This document shows, piece by piece, positions 60,617-64,000 of a stretch of DNA of 64,000 nt (the first letter of the stretch is position 1; each line of letters begins with the position of its first letter). The stretch is taken from positions 2,528,001-2,592,000 of the forward strand of contig OY762463.1 of assembly GCA_963665815.1 (NCBI GenBank), written 5' to 3'. Source of the DNA: Candidatus Cloacimonadales bacterium. Its GTDB lineage: Bacteria > Cloacimonadota > Cloacimonadia > Cloacimonadales > JAIOQZ01. The position numbers and the translations under genes are program-made. The notes below the pieces were generated by a model. That model saw nothing but the letters and a program-made list of their open reading frames with translations. It was not told the origin of the DNA and did not search any database.

Positions 60617-63502
60617 CTATTTCATTATAACGAACTTTCTTACTTTCTCGGACTTCCCAGATTTCAGTTTAGCAAAGTAAACTCCACTTGAAACAGATTT
60701 ACTTCTTTTGTCTTTCATATCCCATACCAAAGTATTACCTGTCTCACAATCCATAATTCTACTGTAAACCTGCTGACCTTTAATATTGTATATTTTTAGT
60801 TCAGCTCTGCTGGCCTCTATATTCTTCATACTGAACTTAACCTGATTTCCAGATACTGGATTTCCTGAGACATAGAAGTCCAGACCTTTAATTTCGGGAT
60901 TCTCTAATTCTTTAACAGAAACCTCTTCCCCGAGATAGTTCAGTATATAGTCCATATACTCATTAGTACCGTCTGGTGTAGTGTAATACAATGGAAAACC
61001 AAAAAGAATAATATGATTTCCCAAATCATATTCTTTATGGAATACAACATATTCATTCTCATATTCAGAATTATCACCATGAAACTTTAGTCTCACCAAG
61101 CCATCGCTTTCGGTTTCATCATTAAAAATGATTGTGTTGTTAAGTAAGTTGTTCCAGCTCGGATCCAGCTTTGACGGATCAAGAGTAAGATTATAACTTC
61201 CATTAGCTGCATAAGAAAAATCTCTGCTCAGGTTCAGCTCGATGTTTTCAGATATACCAAGCAGACTGTATATGTTTCTATCTATATAGTCTACTGTTTC
61301 CCAACCGGAAATTATCAAATTTCCACCACCGGCGACATAACCGGCAAGTAATATCTGGTATTCATCAATCTTCTTCATCGCACTCTCATCATCATGCACA
61401 ATGACGGTAGAGTATTGTCCAAGTATATCAAGACTTAATGAATCTCCACCATTATAATCAAGCTCTGTAATTCCTGAATCTATTATTCTATCGTAGAAAT
61501 AATCACAAGCAGAATCAGATGGAAAACCGGGAACATTATCTATATCGATAGTTTCATCAACAATCAGTATACCCTGATCCATTGTGAAATTAACCGGTGC
61601 TGCTGACATGATATTTGAGTATGCACCGTAAAACCCGTTCTTAACAGCAGCAATCATGTATTCATATTCGGTTCCTGAAACTGCTTCACTATCTATATAG
61701 TAGCTTTCTGTAACAGGCAGATCGTTCATCAAAACAAATTCAGTTTCAGTATCACTTCTTCTGTACACATTATAACCATCAATCTCGAACATATCTAACT
61801 GATCATTCCAATCAATCATAACTGCATTATTGGAAGCATATACATTGTTCAATGTTATTTCGTATGATCTTTTTCCAGTATTTATCACTAAATTTTCTTC
61901 ATCAAGAACACTTAACAGAGCGACATTACTCATTGAAAAAGTTTGAGGATTATCAGGAATATCCGGAACTGCTTTAACAATAATAGTATCAACGCTTGAA
62001 TCCGTATTATGAACATGCAAAGGCAAAAATATGTTAAATTGTGTCTGAGTTGTGGATTCTGTTTTAATAACAGGCATGATTTCGTCTGTATCATAGTTAT
62101 ATAGGACAATATATTTGAAACTTGGAAGTCCATCACTGAAAATCCACTGGTTGAAAAATTCGTCTACATCAGATTCTACTACACTCGTTTCACGTTTTAC
62201 GAGATCAATAAATTCCTGAGTAATAACATTCTGGTTACTATACTCATTAAACCAGGTCTGAAGTATATGCTTGAATGAATCTTCTCCAACCCAGGCACGT
62301 AATGCAAGAAGCACTGAAGCTGCTTTTTCATAGCTTGGAGGAGCAAAGAATTCGCTGTAGACAGGATCATAAATTATTCTCGGTCCATTAGAGTTAGTCC
62401 ATTGCTTGTAGACATTATGAATATTATCTTCTATATAATCCAGCATACTCTCATGTCCGTATCGAGCTTCATCATAGACTGCTTCTGAAAGTACTGCAAA
62501 ACCTTCTGAAAGCCATACATCCTTCCATGTCAATGGGGTAAGAGAGTTACCAAACCACTGGTGAGACAATTCATGTGCAATAGTGTGTTCTCCCCCGCTC
62601 TGACCATCAATTACATTTATTCCGAGGGTAGTCATCGTCTGATGCTCCATTGCTCCAAATGTCTGAATAGGAACAACAGTGTTACCATATTTTTCAAAAG
62701 GATATGCACCGTAATAATCACTGTAAGTATCTATCATAAATGGCATATCAGCAAAGTCGTGAGTTGCTTCGGTCAGAATATTATCTGTAACAAAATTCTG
62801 AATAGGAAGTCCATTATGCGTATTGCTGAGTTCATTAAAATCAGCTGCTGTTATACACGCAACATGCAGTGCAACAGGATCACTGCTTGACCAGTGATGG
62901 ATTCTTTTGTTTTCGGTAGTTACATCTTCTATACCAGTTCTTAAACCATTACATGCGACGAGCCAGTCATCCCTTATCTTTACGTGATAATCAATTGTAG
63001 CTTTATCCCATGGATGGTCATATGCAGGCATCCACCATCTTACTCCACTCGGATCAGACATAGTATAAGCATAAGTGTTTGAAATTGTCAAACCAAGATT
63101 ATAACCATCATTACTCATAACAGGTGTCCCGTTATATGTTATTTCAACACTAAAGTTTGATCCATTTGAAATGCTTACAGGAATACTTATTACATGACTA
63201 TCAAAATTGAAAGTTGCAGTAACATTATCTACTTTAACATCAATCACATTCAATTGCTCAAGTTCAAGTTCTACTAATGACAAATCAGCATTTGTTACAG
63301 CATCCATAGTCATTACGCCATATATTGAATCATTCATACTAATATCGATTTCCAGATCGTAATGCAATACATCAAATCCATGCAATGAATCAGCTCTATC
63401 GAAATTTGTATTTTCACGTGAATCATTTAAATAGTTATAATTTTTAGAAAGTAGAAATGAGAATACAAAAAGTAAGACAATTAAAAAAGCAGTTTTTTTC
63501 AC
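60617..63502 (-). CDS. Secreted M1 family aminopeptidase with FN3 and C-terminal FlgD-Ig/T9SS-like domain
   Basis: GAMEH, HELSHQWFGN...WLSEGFA; GYNVYR FN3; KIYNIKGQQV...SSGVYF C-terminal domain. Confidence 0.92.
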   Translation of the reverse strand: MKKTAFLIVLLFVFSFLLSKNYNYLNDSRENTNFDRADSLHGFDVLHYDLEIDISMNDSIYGVMTMDAVTNADLSLVELELEQLNVIDVKVDNVTATFNFDSHVISIPVSISNGSNFSVEITYNGTPVMSNDGYNLGLTISNTYAYTMSDPSGVRWWMPAYDHPWDKATIDYHVKIRDDWLVACNGLRTGIEDVTTENKRIHHWSSSDPVALHVACITAADFNELSNTHNGLPIQNFVTDNILTEATHDFADMPFMIDTYSDYYGAYPFEKYGNTVVPIQTFGAMEHQTMTTLGINVIDGQSGGEHTIAHELSHQWFGNSLTPLTWKDVWLSEGFAVLSEAVYDEARYGHESMLDYIEDNIHNVYKQWTNSNGPRIIYDPVYSEFFAPPSYEKAASVLLALRAWVGEDSFKHILQTWFNEYSNQNVITQEFIDLVKRETSVVESDVDEFFNQWIFSDGLPSFKYIVLYNYDTDEIMPVIKTESTTQTQFNIFLPLHVHNTDSSVDTIIVKAVPDIPDNPQTFSMSNVALLSVLDEENLVINTGKRSYEITLNNVYASNNAVMIDWNDQLDMFEIDGYNVYRRSDTETEFVLMNDLPVTESYYIDSEAVSGTEYEYMIAAVKNGFYGAYSNIMSAAPVNFTMDQGILIVDETIDIDNVPGFPSDSACDYFYDRIIDSGITELDYNGGDSLSLDILGQYSTVIVHDDESAMKKIDEYQILLAGYVAGGGNLIISGWETVDYIDRNIYSLLGISENIELNLSRDFSYAANGSYNLTLDPSKLDPSWNNLLNNTIIFNDETESDGLVRLKFHGDNSEYENEYVVFHKEYDLGNHIILFGFPLYYTTPDGTNEYMDYILNYLGEEVSVKELENPEIKGLDFYVSGNPVSGNQVKFSMKNIEASRAELKIYNIKGQQVYSRIMDCETGNTLVWDMKDKRSKSVSSGVYFAKLKSGKSEKVRKFVIMK

Positions 63503-63513
63503 AATACCTCCTT

Positions 63514-63972
63514 TTAAGGCAGTTTATCCCACATTTCAACATCTTCGTTTACCAGATGTCGCTTGAATTTTCTTTTAAAGTCCATTAATTTATGAAGCAG
63601 ATCAATATTTTTATAATCTTCTTCATTATATAAATTGTCAAGTATATCAACAAATTCTCTGTTTCTGTTAATCAGCATTTCGGATTCAGTTGTAAGTACA
63701 GCACTGAATTTTTTATTCTCATATTGAATGAGCGTATTGAAAGAATCTGAAACAGCTTTTAAGTTACTTCTTATCATAGAATGCTTATCCTGAATTATCA
63801 AGTCTTCAAGATCCTCTATTCTTTTAAACAGTTCCTTTACAAATTCATTATAATCGAAATCCCCAATAAGATAAACCGGATTAACCGGTGATTTTGCACC
63901 TGAATTAAGTTTTGTATCATCAATCAATACATTTAACTTTTCCAGAATCATCTTTACTTTTTTATCTTTCAT
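63514..63972 (-). CDS. Hypothetical helical protein (weak hemerythrin-like HxxxED)
   Basis: 152 aa; C-terminal RHLVNED; only one His ligand motif visible. Confidence 0.55.
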   Translation of the reverse strand: MKDKKVKMILEKLNVLIDDTKLNSGAKSPVNPVYLIGDFDYNEFVKELFKRIEDLEDLIIQDKHSMIRSNLKAVSDSFNTLIQYENKKFSAVLTTESEMLINRNREFVDILDNLYNEEDYKNIDLLHKLMDFKRKFKRHLVNEDVEMWDKLP

Positions 63973-64000
63973 ATCAAGAAAATCACTTCTGTCTTCCTGC

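Noticed and set aside
7552-62890. Numerous short antisense or alternate-frame ORFs inside long genes
   Set aside because: Shadow ORFs of well-supported CDSs with no independent evidence.
63410-63425. Additional parS-like site
   Set aside because: Only 13/16, inside a CDS; plausible by chance.

Overview
AT-rich bacterial chromosomal window. The lineage is probably Candidatus Cloacimonadota or a related FCB-group anaerobe; this is inferred from the FlgD/T9SS-like C-terminal 'IYNIKGQ..V' domain, the beta-propeller lipoproteins and methylmalonyl-CoA mutase. Housekeeping content: hslO, tRNA-Asp, methylmalonyl-CoA mutase subunits, a double-length class II UvrA, a MacB-type ABC pair, an HD-GYP regulator, purH, tRNA-Ser, panC/panD, an M1 aminopeptidase and a parS site. 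These genes are interleaved with accessory islets: a Zn-ribbon/TIR gene with a His-rich partner, a HigB-HigA(ImmA)-endonuclease triad, four paralogous beta-propeller lipoproteins, and a fused R-M plus S system with an internally deleted RhuM. A family of GTAG/CTAC REP-like composite repeats punctuates the islets. The best candidate for an undescribed system is a tightly coupled 8-gene operon at 24025-32191 (-): XpaC-like, TelA, DUF4178, DUF2617, a lipoprotein with an RG/GGK tail, DUF350, a membrane aminopropyltransferase and a K+ channel. It looks like a Psp-type polyamine/envelope-stress module in which XpaC-TelA sits where PspA is usually found. Also notable are a multi-stem candidate RNA leader upstream of the mutase and a tRNA-Asp 3' duplication carrying a palindromic insert. 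All family calls come from motif recognition by eye; no searches were run.
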